Below are positions 48,466 to 60,906 of a stretch of 64,000 nucleotides of DNA, in pieces. Location: contig OZ237752.1 in NCBI GenBank assembly GCA_965178125.1, positions 496,001 through 560,000 of the forward strand, given 5' to 3'. The position numbers were made by a program, and so were the translations under genes. The notes under the pieces are model-generated. The model saw nothing but the letters and a program-made list of their open reading frames with translations, made no database searches and had not been told where the DNA came from. This DNA comes from Bilabrum cf. latius (lineage: Eukaryota). Position 1 is the first letter of the stretch, and each line of letters begins with the position of its first letter.

Positions 48466-51400
48466 TCAAGACGCCTCCGCTTGGAACCGCTCTTGGCTGC
48501 TAGGCTCCGAGAGGCTGTAACGCTTCGCCTTCTAGTTGCCACTCAACTGCGAGTCAGCGGAACTGGCAACCCTCTCGCGCGCGTGTTTCGACCGGCAGCA
48601 CATGGACAGGCCATATAGCGCGCCTAGAAGAATCACACCCCCGCCAACCGCACCCGCAATAATGATCCCGATCTAAACTTCCTCGTCATCTGCGCCCTCG
48701 CCGTCCCCAGCCTCGCCAGAGGGTGGAGCAGCGAAGGAGCGCGCACCTGCAGCCAACTGCGCCTGCAGCAAGTCGCTGACCAGATTCGGGGTACCTCCCA
48801 CCACGGCACCATCCGATGCAGCGACCACCACATACACGGGATCATCCTCCGACTCGAACGAGAAGCCTGCAGCGGCGGGATCTGCCCGCACCGCAGCTGC
48901 AGTGAGCCCGCTCTCGATTGCCGCTCGCTCACTAAGCAAGCCAGATACTGCTGTAGCAACAACAGATTCAGTTGCCTGCACAGTAGCGAACCCCATTGAT
49001 GCATTTTGAGTCACACTGGCCGCGAGAAGCATGCGCACCTCGTCGGCGCCAGAACCCGAAGCGGCTTGCAGTGTCCTCGCTGTCCAACGCATGGCCCGAA
49101 GTCTTCTCGACACTGCCTCGGCAGCGCCTGTGTCGCCATACACATCCTCATTGCCACCTGAAGCATCCGCCAAATCCATCTCCGCTGCAATCGTCAGCTG
49201 GGTACCACCCACCACCCAGCCGGGCGGCAGCAGCCCCTGGAGCATAGCCCCGAATCCACCCCGCACTGCAGCAAGACCGACCGCACTCTGCACGAGCCTG
49301 CTGCCCCGACGAGCAGCCAGCACCAATTGTACCACTGCACCAAGAGAAGCTTCCTCCTCGCTGGCACCTGCACGCAGGGACAGGCCGAGCGTGTCCGTGA
49401 CTGCATCGTCCTCTTGGTCCAACTGCGCCATGGACGGCAAGTCGGGCAGTATCGCCAGCGTAGATGCCAGAGACGATGATCCAGCAGAGGAACTGGACGC
49501 TGGCGGCAGGCAGCGAGTGGGTCTCGTCACGTTGGACATGGATGCGTCGATCAGCGGCCTACACACGGTGCTCCCGCTACAGTCAGCATCGATAGAGCAG
49601 GCTCTACCAGTCTCGCACAGCCCGCATGTCTCCTCAGATGCACCGCATGGTGGTAAAGCGTCAACTATCGCTAAGCAGGTCGATGCGCTCCCCTCGTCAT
49701 CGCACTACGGCAGGGCCGCAGACATTGCAGCCGGGCAGGCCGCTCTGGTGATCAGCTCGTTAGGGCTGGGGCACTGCGTCCCACCATGGGCCGGCAGACT
49801 GAGCACTATCCTGGTAGAGTACAGCCAGCCGCCATCTCCACACTCATTGGAGCACTTGTCTGCCTCTACTGCAAGGGACAGTTCGCAGTCCCTGGCTTGC
49901 GGGGAAGCAGACGGGGATGGGCTGGCCGTGGGGCTAGGGCTTGCAGCTGGCTGGTGGGATGAGCTGGAAGATGGCGATGGCGATGGCGACGCACTCGATG
50001 CTACGGCGGTGCTTGAGCTGGAGGGTGTTGGACTGGACGTACTGGCACTCGTACTGGCACTCGTACTGGCACTAGCACTCGCGCTTGCGCTAGAGGACGG
50101 CGTGCTGGCGACTGGGGATGTGCTGGGGCTACCTGACGGGGACATCGAAGGGCTGCCACTCGCGCCGTTGCTGGCACTTGGGCTTGGGCTCGTCGATGGG
50201 CTACTGGTAGTTGATGGAGATGCGCTAGCCGTGGTGCTGGGTGTCGGAGACACTGCAGCTGGTGTTGCGCTAGCTGTAGCTGTAGCTGTAGCGCTGGGTG
50301 TTGGACTAGCCGCAGGCGGTGACGGGCTCGGCGTCGGCAGCACACATGTCACGATCGTGTCCGGCTCTTCTTCCGGACTACTGCACAGAGCGGGAGGCAT
50401 GGTCGCCACAGCACCTTCGCAAAAGGCGCTCAGCTCGATGCCGTCGGTCGTCTGCCCCGTGCGCGCGATGCAGTCTGCCTCCACGATGAGGCCATACTTT
50501 AATGCAGAGCGTCCCGGGATGAGCCTGTCGTCCACTCCAAAGAACTGAGTGTAGTCGGGTCCCTGGACCCCCCCATCTGTGAGCAGGTTGAAGCCATCGC
50601 CAGCATTCCTCGGGTCATAGATCCTACTGCCACTCCTGGTTGCAATCCCCACGGGTCGGAGGTAAAGGTAAGTCCCGTCAAAATAGTAAGTATCGCCCCT
50701 GGATTGTCTCACTGCCTCCACCGAGTCTACCTCGGCAAAATCTACCTCGCACACCCGCCTGGCGTTGGGCGAGCATCCATCGATGGACCCCTTCACCGTG
50801 AATGAAGTACCAGGGGGGTACGCCAACGCCACAATCAGCGCGTCGGTGTGTTTCACCTAGATCTGACGAAACGTGACCTTCTTGGGCGCACCCTTGGCGT
50901 AGCTCACGAACCACCCGCCTGCCCGCGTGTGGTTGAAGGGACCCACCAGCTGGGGGTCATACCCGATCGGGGCGCTGTCATTCGTGCCCCAGTGCGAGAT
51001 GGTGCCGGCCTGCACGCCGTACATGCTCGCTGCGTTGTTGGTGTTCTTGCCGGGGGCCGTCTCCTCCCCTAGGTAGGCATCCATGGCAGCGACCTTGAAG
51101 AAGGCCTGGTCGCACAGCCACATGGGGTACTGGTAGTTGCGCTTGGCCTCGCACTGCACCGATGCCAGCGAGTCATTCCTGCGCGAGAGCCTCCAAAACG
51201 TGGTCTCTGGCCTCCGCACGAGGTCGTTGTTATCCTCCTTGTGCACGATACCCATGGATCCTGCGAGTGTGGGCACACCCCTTCGGGTTAGCGAGCCGTC
51301 GTAGTCAAGGAGGTTGCCATGGTACGCTCCATACCTGGCCTTCTGGCCGATGTCAAACCCAATCAGACCGTCGTCGTATGGCTCCTGCACGTAGGTTATG

Positions 51401-53592
51401 TTGTCGAAAATCTGCTAGAACTGTGGTACGTTGACGCCGTGAGGTATGGCCCAGATGGTCGAGTCGTCGTCGCGCACGACGGGGTCACTCGGTGAGTGGC
51501 CCGCGTCCGCCGCGTTGTTGCAGCTGTCCACGACCCAGTTGCTCATGACGTGGCGCTGGCCCGTGTCGTACGCTCGGAACATGTTGTACGCGTTCTTCTC
51601 CCAGTCCCTCTCGTTGCCGAGCGGGTCTGCAGCCACTGGCAGCTGGGTGTTGTTGGTGCGGCACTTCACGCTGACGTCCTTGAAGATGACCTCGCCGAAC
51701 GCATTGAAGGTGCGGTCGCCGATGTCGTGAATGTCGATGCCGCGCCAGTCGCCGCGCACGTTCCAGTCCGCCCCCGCCACCCTGCACAGCGACAGCTTCA
51801 TGTTGGTGAACACGTTGGGCACGAGCGTCCCGTCCTCCAGCTGAGGCTGCCTGCGCTTGCGGGGCCCGCCGTGCACGCTGTCCTCTGCGTTATTCCTACC
51901 AGGATTGTACTCCAGCTTGTAGCCGTCGTTTGGATCCTCCTCCAGAAACCCGCCCAGGTACACGCACCCCGCCAGCTTCTGCCAGTATCCCGACGACCGC
52001 ACCGTGTTGCCGTCGAACCGCAAGGTGGGCTTGTCCTTGGGCACCATCGGGTCGTTGCGGTCCTGCCCGATCACCTTGGGGAAGTTGACCAGCGCAAACC
52101 CAGCCCAACCGCCCACGGCCGCGTTCCCCACGACGGTGTTGTTGAGGTTGGTGATGTAATAGGGGGAGGCTGTCGTGTCCGCGGGCACCGTCAGGTTGGC
52201 AGACTCACGAACGTTCTCCTGCTCCTGTCCCCCCTGCGTGGCAATCCTCCCGATCGGATGCACGTGCGCCGCCAGGTTTCCCTCTATGATATTGTCCTCC
52301 TCGTTCCCGCTCTCGAGGTATACGCAGTGTCCCGTGGCATCATACATCACGTTGCGGGACACCGCGGCCCCTCTAGTCCCGTGCACTACAATGCAGCGAT
52401 AGTACGACTCGTGCACACTCGAGTCGGTGACATAGGAGCCATAGCCCGCATCCCTCATGAGGTGGAAGTGCACCGGGTACCTCCCAAATGCGTTGGTCTG
52501 GCCCATCCGATGGAACTCCACGCCGCTCACCCTGGCAGTGACACCCTCCCCAACGAAAATGACGTGACCACCGTGCCCTGTGAGGTACTTGTCCGGACAG
52601 GGGTACTTGGTGTGCCTCTTTCTCGAGCTGGAGATGCTGCTGTCGGTCGCCTCGGAGCACACCGCGTCATGGGTGTCAGTGGGAGGGGAGTCGGCGGCAT
52701 CGCCCTCCACTGTGATGGTGCGGGACAGCAAGCCCACCTCTGCCTGGTACTCCCGCTCGACCGCATAATGGTGGGCAGAGAGCGGCTCCGTCACGGTCAC
52801 CGACCCGAGCGTGTGCGACTGGCAGCTGGTGTCCCTGTACGTGACGCACCGCACAGACTCGATCGTGCGCACCTCGTTGTAGTTGTGGAAGCGGGCGTCC
52901 TTGTGCTGGGTGGTTGTAACCACCAGCTTCTGTCCTCTTCTCCAGCCCCCCTTGCCCGGCCCCTCCCCGTCTGCCGGGCACTACTGCAAAATGAGCACGG
53001 TGTCGTTGACGTCGGCCGTGCGGGCCAGGCGCGTCCACGTAGGGCGGTACACGTTGCCGTGCATGTCAATTTGTCCCATCCCATGAACCTCGAGGCTTTT
53101 AGACCCGCCGTCCCCGCGCCGCCCCGTGAGCACGATTCGCACACCGGCGGTGCTCGGGCACGTCGGGCTGCCGATGCTCAGCTTGCCGTTCACGATGATG
53201 CTGCTCGCCGTGAACACAGTCGACTCGTTAGCGAACACGAGACTCGATGTCGACGGAATCTTGACCTGCCCGAAGGACAGTCCCAATGTATCCGCCGCAG
53301 CAACCAGCACATCAGTATCTGCTGGTAGGGTCACGTCCGACTGGTTTGTGGGAACAGAGCCGCTGAAAGCAGAGCTCCAGGAAACCAAGGAGGGATTATC
53401 TTCAGCACAATCAGTGTTCTCAACTGTGTAAGGCTAAGCATTGGGCATTGGGATTGTAGCGGCTATGCTTGCAGTCTCCGGAACCACGATCGGCGTTGTG
53501 GATTGGAGGTCAATTCCATCTAATTGGGCGGTACACTGCGCATTGGCTGCAGGAAGGCAGTAGATGCCGGCTAATATAACATAGAGATACAT
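48466..53592 (-). CDS. G8-domain / PbH1 beta-helix type I membrane protein (TMEM2/CEMIP/fibrocystin-like), 1708 aa; 7 in-frame TAG
   Basis: Signal peptide MYLYVILAGIYCLPAANA; G8 region ending TWTRLARTA; GRYPVHFH, RCIVVHGT, GHCVYLESG; S/T/P stalk; TSP1-like Cys motif; TM IGIIIAGAVGGGVILLGALYGL. TAG at 53434, 52981, 51415, 50857, 49705, 48673, 48532; TGA 48466. Confidence 0.88.
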
Positions 53593-53682
53593 AATCGGAA
53601 GGGTTATTCACCCGCAACCGTTCAGTGTGCGACTGAAGCAAATTCCGCTGCTATTGCAGATTTTGTAGCGTTTCTTTGGATG

Positions 53683-56600
53683 CTGAGCTCGAACTGGCCG
53701 GACTTGAGCTTGGATTTCGACCAGTGAGTCCATCAGGGCTCGCGAAGAAGACTGCCATGATGCCGTTTGGACTTGCAGCCGACTCCTTTCCCCGTGGGTG
53801 GGACGACGATATCGCGTGTACAGCCACGGAAGTGAACCCATCATGGGTAGAACAGACATGGACCGTTCCCCGCGCGAAGTCGTATGTGTATCTAGGGTTG
53901 CTGATATCGACAACGAGGATCCATGCCACAGCAGCAGAGCTTGGGCCCGGCTACGAAGAGAGGGACGTGATAGCCATTGACATGGTCCCCCACGTTCGGC
54001 GAAGGGTGGCAATGGCGATGCAACAAGCGTCCATCATAACCCGCGCTGCAGTTGACTGTGATTGGTCGGTTCGTCTACACTCCCAGATTCTCTATTCTGG
54101 AGCGCTCACAAGCGCGCTCTATGGCATTGGTGCTGCTGGATGCGCCACTGGCTGGGAACGCTTCCGAGGTCTGGAACAGCGGATCTCTGTGAACTACGGC
54201 GTGATCATGAATGCAGCTGTGCTGAGTGTAGTGGACCGTTTCCTGGCACGCATGAGGTGGATGCTGGCCACTGGAATGGCTGACCGTATGCCATTTGCCG
54301 TCGAAGGACGTCGCTTGCCGAAAGTGGCGTTGGATTCTGAGGTATGGCTTGCGAGTGCTGCCGGAAGGACCGCACGGGACCTCTTTGAGCTCATGCGAGC
54401 CCCAGATAGGAGGGGTCTACCAGTGGTATCTCACTACATCCGGACTGCATACATGTGCCAGTAGATGTCGCAGCAGGGACCTCTTAGTGCTGCGGCGTCT
54501 CTCAGGCTTCACCTTCATGACAATGGAGTATCTGTTGACAACGGAGTGACTTGGCTGGGTGAGAAGGAGCTGAATCGAGCGGTGCGCCGTTGGCACTCGT
54601 CGAAGTCTGCTTCTAGCATCAGGTCTTTCAGGAACTTGAGCCCTGGATGCCACTCCGGTTACGTCCTGGCGAGCGCAATCAGGCAGCAGAATGCAGAACA
54701 GACAGTGTCACTGGACCAGTACCATGGTCAGGTTGATGGGGTGTTCGGCCCTGGTTCACTGCCTACCACTGCAGCACTGCAACTGCGTGGCTCCGACGGG
54801 CGATTGATCCTTCGTGTTCGTGCGGGTATTTACCCTCGTTCCTGTTCCCCTACTCCAGAGCTGACTGACAAGGTGGCTGTGGAGATGACTCGCCGAGAGT
54901 CATCGCTGCAGTCACGTGGTCTTCAGGCAGAGTGGGTCTCCGGTGACTGGGCCAGTCGAACTTCAGAGGAGAAGGGCAAGATAAGGAAGGCATGGGCGGA
55001 CCATGGCCTACGTCTTGAACCTCACCCACAACCTCTGGAGCAGGACAGGCGTGGAGTCGCTGCTGCTGAGCGAACCATTCCCAAGATGCGCCGAGCAATT
55101 GCCCGCTCTAGCGCCTCTGTTGGATTGGTACGGCTTGCGACACTGGTGGTTGATGAGCTGAGTGTAAAGATCAGAACGTTTCCGTCCTGGACTGCCTGCA
55201 GGTGGTGGACTGGGGCCTCGGTGCGAGGCTGGACTGCGAGCTCATCGGATGACCTGTATGCTGCAATGCGAGCTCAGGATCGCAGGGGACATCGTGTGGC
55301 TCGCCCTAGAGGGCTCATGCACACTCTTGAGAGGATCTGGGCGCGTGAGATGGCGACTTCGCTTCGCTGTGTCTTGCGTGAAAGGGAGTAGCTACGTCGT
55401 ACATGGACGTCCCGCTGGTGGCGGATGGCATGTGTCGACGGTCCGGCTGTCCTTACGAGGATGGCTCGGGCTCACTCTCCTTCCCTCTGGTCCTTTGGTG
55501 GATGAGTGGCTGAGTCTCAGGGTGATCGTCTCGGTATGTGTAGCACCATGATGTTTCGGAAATCCTCTTTGGGACGAGGGGTTCTTCTTTCTTTTGCTTT
55601 CTTTTGAGGCTTTGGCCTTTGCTCTAGGGGGGGGCTGCGGGTCTTTTGATCGCGTTGTTCTCTGAGGTCATCTTTGATGGCCCCACCTTGGGGGTGTGAC
55701 AGCCATTCGTGAAAAGTCGTATCGTTACATTCAATCATCATCGTCACCTTCGAGATCTCGCATCGGACCCTCGTCCAACACTTAATCTCTGTGGCACTCA
55801 TCGAGACTCCCGAGTTCACTCAGGATAATCCAGAAGCACCTATACCCCGCCGTGGTGGGGTTGTGCTGCAGCTGGAGCTCCTGGATCCTCGGGCTCGATC
55901 TCTTGAGGAGGTGCTTCGCCAGGGTCAGCAGCTGCGACTGCTCCTCCCCGGATTCCGCCCTGCAGGTTGAGTGCGACCGGCAATTCTTCCTGCTGCTGGT
56001 CGGCTTCAGCTTCGGTCTGTTCAACGACTGCTGCGAGTGCTGCGGCCTCTGCCGCCTCACCTGCCGCTGCCACTGCTGCTGCTTCCTGTTGCTGTTCCGC
56101 TCTCTCTGCGTCCTCCCTCCTCTTCTCCTCCTCGGCAATGGCACGGCGCGTAGTAACCAGCTGAACATGTTTGTAATAATCGTTCATGTACTTCGCCCGT
56201 GTCGTTGCCAAACTCATCGTGATGCGCCTGGCCCACGTCCTGACCTGTGCGTCCACGCTCTTGCTCTGCTCTGGCCCAACTCGCTCTCGCCTGATCCTCG
56301 CCAGCTCCTCTAAGACCTTCCATGCGCCGGTTCCTAGTTTCCCGGTGTGTAGAACGACGAAGTCCCGGAAAATGTACCTCCCCGGGTATTTCAGGTGTTT
56401 GCAGACCTTCTCGCTGGGCGCGTTGCCTCCCACCGGCACCTGTCCTGCGATCAGCCTCGTCTAGTCCTTGGGTTGGTAGTACATCTGCAGCTTCACCTAC
56501 GCCCCTGCGTATAGTGCGCTCTCGTTCTGCCAGTCTGACCCCGACCGCTTGCCTGGTCCCCTCGTTTCGTCGAAAATGTGGCGTGCATACTTGCCCGTGT

Positions 56601-57789
56601 GTGCTTGTGCCACAAGCACGTCGACGACTACGTTGGTGCCATCCTTCCTTGTGTAGATCGCGTCCGCGTACCTACCTCTCTCCTTGAACAGCCCACGTGG
56701 TTTCATCGTTCTACGAAATCCTACGGCGGTGTTGATGATGTTGCCGAGGATCCCTTCGATTTCCCCACTGCCTCGCGTGGCGAAGCCCTTCTGGAATGTG
56801 TGCTGTTTTCCTGATCCGCACCGTGCCCAATGCAGTGGGTCGTGCAAATATCCCTCCTTGCCACACCTGGGCATCGGGCACGTGTGGTTCTTCTCCTTCT
56901 CGAGGTCGTGCTGCCCCTCTGTCGTCAGCTTGGTCCGCAGCTGAGCGATGGGGCGCGCTTTGACGTAGGGCACGTACAGCCTGGCGCATACCTCCTGTTG
57001 GAAGACTGCCTCAGTGATGCCTCCGTGGCACTGCCTGATGGGTTCAGCTGTGTGTGCACTCCTGCGTGAGCGAATTGCGATCCTCACGTCCTGCACCTGT
57101 TGCCGTTGTTGCCACGTGTAGTCGAGGGGGGTCTCGCCCAACAGTTTGCCTGCTTCGTGCTCCAACATAAAACGTTCGCACTAGGCGTACGCTGCTGCAG
57201 CCCTGAGCAGGCTCTGATGGTTGCCTCCCATGATGACGCGCTCTGGTCCTGCCTACTACAGCTTCAGATGCACCCAGTCTGACAGGTTCTTACTCTCCAT
57301 GAGCCATGCTGGGGGTTTTGGTATCGCCTTCTTTGCTCGAGCGAGACGATCCGTCCCGGTGGACGGTCCCCGTTCTGCGGGTGGGGGTGGAGTCGGATCT
57401 CCGGGGATCTCGAGTGATTTGCCAGGCGGGGGCATGATCACGTTTGCCAACTTGGGTCCTGTCTGCGGGTCTCGAGCAGCTGCTTGGAACTTCTGTGAGT
57501 TCCATACTGTCTGTAGGAAAGTGGGAAACAAATCGGTGGCGAGAGGCTGGAATGGCTATACGTTCCGCTCGAGCTCGTTGGGCAGTTCCTTCTTGCCCCA
57601 AATCAGCCTCTTCATCTTGTCCAAGGTGTACCTGAGGGCCCAGTCTGCCACCTCCAGCAGGGGGGCACTGTGCACGCCAAAGGAGGGAGCCCGCTGCTCA
57701 ACCTCTCCATCTCTCGCCGGCTCCATTCGTGGTTGCACATTACTTTGTGTGGTTTCTTTACCCTACAAATTATTCTGGTATTATTCTGG
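53683..57789 (+). mobile_element. Non-LTR retrotransposon copy 2, 5'-truncated just after the YADD motif, with intact antisense RLE ORF
   Basis: Near-identical to 15815-19180 (offset about 37865), same right end and TATTCTGG tail. LINE frame ends TGA 55505, with TAG conserved at 54462 and 55389. Confidence 0.85.
55816..57726 (-). CDS. RT-less zinc-knuckle + restriction-like endonuclease (CRE/R2-type RLE) protein, 636 aa; 7 in-frame TAG
   Basis: ATG 57726. CPMPRC...HWARC knuckle; RYAD...VVVDVLV...K..Y...DFVVLHTGKLGTGAWKVLEELA. TAG at 57556, 57256, 57253, 57181, 56497, 56461, 55840; TGA 55816. Confidence 0.72.
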
Positions 57790-57892
57790 AGCTGCTCCTC
57801 GCCCACCCACGCTCAGGTGGCTTGGTTAGGGCGCATGGCGATTTTTCAAACTTGTGCAAGGATCCCATTCATAAAACGACTGCTCTACATCC

Positions 57893-59200
57893 TCAGCCCT
57901 CCAGCGTGATCCCCGCCACCGTAGGCTTGCCCTCCGCGAGCCCCTTGATGAACGCGTCCACGTCCTCCTTCTTGAAGGGCTTGGTGCCCCCCTCGTTGTC
58001 CAGCACGTACACCTTGTCCTCCTGAGGGGCAAGGGCCGCGATCCGCAGCGAGGTGGCCCCGTCCTTGTCCCCCGTCAGCTTGGTCAGCATCCTGATCCGA
58101 TCCGAATGGGGGTCCTCCGAGGTGGCCACGCAGGCCTGCACGGTCTTGTCCCCAAGAGGGTCGAAGTGCGGCTTGGTGGCGTCACTCAGCAGGGCACCAG
58201 CGGTGGCGGCAGCGTCCGCGTCGGTGCACTTGTCGGCCAGCAAGATGGCCGTGTACTTGAAGTCGGTGATCCGGCTCCAGGCGCTCGCCACGCCCTCGCA
58301 GGCCTCCGGCAGCCAGGGGAAGGCCTTGGGCCGCCGCTGGAACTCGCTGATCCCGTCCGTGGATACAACTGCGCCGTCGCTGGCCCTGACGATGACGAAG
58401 GAGGGGATGCCCCTGACCTCTAGCATCTGGCCCATCATCTGGCCCACATCCTTGGAGGCCCAGCCGATGGCGGGGAAGGGGTACTGCTTCCTGTAGGCGT
58501 CCAGGTCCGACTCGGAGCGGTCCAATGAGAGCAGCAGCATGCTGAGGTCAGCCTCCTTGCCATCGCCCTCGAGCCATGCCTTGAGCTTGGGCTTGATCAT
58601 CTGGCAGGGGCCGCACCATGAGGCGCTGAACAGCAGCCCGACGTACTCGCTGCTGGACAGGTACTTTTTGGCGTCGATCTTCTCGCCATCCGGCTTGACG
58701 AACGTCTCGGCAGACGAAAGGATCATGTTCTTCACGTTGCCCCACTGGTCAGATGACTTGCACTCGGGGTCCAGCTGCACGACCATGCGCCCGTCACGAG
58801 TGAGCTCCTTGCCTTCACCATCGACGAACACTAGGGTGGGGATCCCCTGCACGCCGAACTTCGAGGACAGGTCGTTCTTCCTCGACCGGTCGGAGAAAGG
58901 GAGGGCCTTCCACGGCATCTCTCCCAAATACTCGTCAAACTCTGCCTGGCCCTTATCGCTGGACACGAAGACGATCTCCATGTCTGCCGAGTCTTTGTTC
59001 TTGGAATACCACTTGGCCAGCTGCGGAGTGAACATCTTACAAGGCGGGCACCAATGGGCCGAAAAGTAAAGTCCAACCACCTTCTTGCCGGTGAGGGCCT
59101 TTGCCGTCTCCACAGTCCCTCCCTTTTGCACGAGCTTCTCGCCGAGGAGAGCCTGCAATCCTGTGACGCTAGTTGCACCCGATTCAGCGACACCAGCCAT
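57893..59200 (-). CDS. NXN: Nucleoredoxin/tryparedoxin-like multi-thioredoxin protein
   Basis: VGLYFSAHWCPPC, EIVFVSSD, MPWKALPF, VQGIPTLV; second domain FSASWCGPC; ends TGA. Confidence 0.9.
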   Translation of the reverse strand: MAGVAESGATSVTGLQALLGEKLVQKGGTVETAKALTGKKVVGLYFSAHWCPPCKMFTPQLAKWYSKNKDSADMEIVFVSSDKGQAEFDEYLGEMPWKALPFSDRSRKNDLSSKFGVQGIPTLVFVDGEGKELTRDGRMVVQLDPECKSSDQWGNVKNMILSSAETFVKPDGEKIDAKKYLSSSEYVGLLFSASWCGPCQMIKPKLKAWLEGDGKEADLSMLLLSLDRSESDLDAYRKQYPFPAIGWASKDVGQMMGQMLEVRGIPSFVIVRASDGAVVSTDGISEFQRRPKAFPWLPEACEGVASAWSRITDFKYTAILLADKCTDADAAATAGALLSDATKPHFDPLGDKTVQACVATSEDPHSDRIRMLTKLTGDKDGATSLRIAALAPQEDKVYVLDNEGGTKPFKKEDVDAFIKGLAEGKPTVAGITLEG

Positions 59201-59408
59201 GATTAAGTTGGATTTTATTGTTTCCTAAGCTGTAAACAGAGAACTCTTGCGGTACAAGCTGCCTCTACTGCTTGTAACTTCGTTTAGTGTGGCAGATGGC
59301 GCCATTGTGCGAGCCCATCGGGGGGATCTGATATTTTGTGGACTCAACTCAAAAGCGCACGCTATCACGAAGAAACATCTGGAACGAGGGCCCGGGACCT
59401 ACCAGACT

Positions 59409-60764
59409 TCACGCTTCAGCTGCAATGGCCTAAACCACCTAAGCTCCACCCTGGGGACCCATTTCCCCCTGGGGAGCGTCAGCGTTCACGTTCCCTCCGG
59501 CGCCCGCTGCCGGCACCCCGTCCTGCTGCCCGTTCTGAGCCAACCCTGCCTTGACGTTGGCGATCGCCACGGCGAGGTTGTTGTTTTCGGCTGCCCCTAC
59601 AGCCAGGCTGGCAAAGTCCTCCCGGACCGCCCTTGCGAGCGCCCGTTTGGCCTTCGCTGCAGCCCTCCTCGATCCCTTCGAGACAAAATCGAGGATCCTT
59701 GAGTGGTCCTGCATGACCCGTGAGTACATAGTGTGGTACACACGCTGTTCCCCGCGCACGTGCTGGTGCTAGGCGGCAACGGAGAGGCGAGCCTTTGCCA
59801 CAGAAGACCACGAGAGGCGTGCGTTGGCCGGACGAGTCGAAACCCGCCGCCCTTTGTCCTCCTACCTCTTCTTCCGCAACTTGTCGAGCACCTGCAGGAA
59901 CTCGACCGACTTCTCCCCGATTCCCCCCAACACGTCCACCACAAAGGGTACGACCCGCACGCCACTGCGTACCGCCCCTTTCTGCGTCCTCACGGTCCCA
60001 GGACACCACTTGTCTTCTCCTCCGATCCGGACGCCGAGCGCTCCGAGGTCGACGGGCCTGCCGTAGCTGGCCAGCTTCGTGGCATGCGCGGCCCGCAAAG
60101 CAGACCCCTCTTGCCAGTCGCTGCCAATCCTCCACGACGAGCGGTCCCACCGGTAAGTTGCCGCAGTGGAATCAACCACCGTGACATCGATGAGATAAGC
60201 CGTCCCCTCGTGCTCAAAGAACAGGTCGCCGCGTGGCACGAGCGGACCGCGCCGACCCGGCAGCCGGGCCACTTGGCCCTCTGGCTCCCGGATAGGGCGT
60301 CTGCCCGTGGCCTCGCGGACCACCTGCTCGAGCACGTTGAGCACCCGGAAGTGCCTGCGGCCTGGAAGGCCTCCGCAGACACGCTTGTCCTTGCACGTGG
60401 CACCGTGGCGAACTGACTAGATCAGTTCGACTACCTTGCCCTGCTTCCGGCACCCCGGGCAGATCTGCGTGACGCGCCACGCCTCCCCACATGCACCGTG
60501 CGTTGCCCCAAGAGGTTGTGGGGGACAGCTGCACGGCTATGGGATGGCGAGACGCTGGCAGAACATGCCCCGGGCATCTTCAGGCTGGACTCGGCTCAGG
60601 ACAGAGAGCGGCGCATGCAGCCAAGACCCGGCTCCTTGGGACCTGGCGGCGCGGATTGTGGCTCGCGCCACTCCTGCGTACTCTCTGGTGACTGCATCGA
60701 CTGGAGCGAGTCTGTCGTGCGCAAGCGGAGATGAGGCATCCCAGAGGAGCCTCTCCACCTGCAC
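59409..60764 (-). mobile_element. Diverged CRE-type zinc-knuckle/RLE ORF without RT; no in-frame ATG at its 5' end (truncated or spliced); 6 in-frame TAG
   Basis: GAGSWLHAP, CPGC...HGATC, RH.RV, EP, PRGD...IDVTVV, KLASY, VVPFVVDVLGGIG. Shares GSDWQ..SAL with 55816-57726; ends TGA 59409. Confidence 0.72.
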
Positions 60765-60906
60765 TCGCTCAGCCAGTCACTTTTCGTTAATAGCGTGTGA
60801 TTCATAAATCGGATTTCAGCTGACGCGGTGACGTCTGCTCGACAAACTCGCGACAAATGAACACAGAAATGCCCGCTCTTACCTGCAATCATTCGACACT
60901 TCAAGT

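Noticed and set aside
34733-53328. Long antisense ORFs such as 34733-36634, 41007-43511, 49031-50548 and 51496-53328
   Set aside because: Shadows of GC-rich genes on the opposite strand, with no recognisable motifs.
40311-53592. TAGs being removed as intron acceptor sites or tiny introns
   Set aside because: The frame is preserved on both sides, motifs such as IQ need a residue at that exact position, and the real introns found are 91-255 nt GT..CAG.
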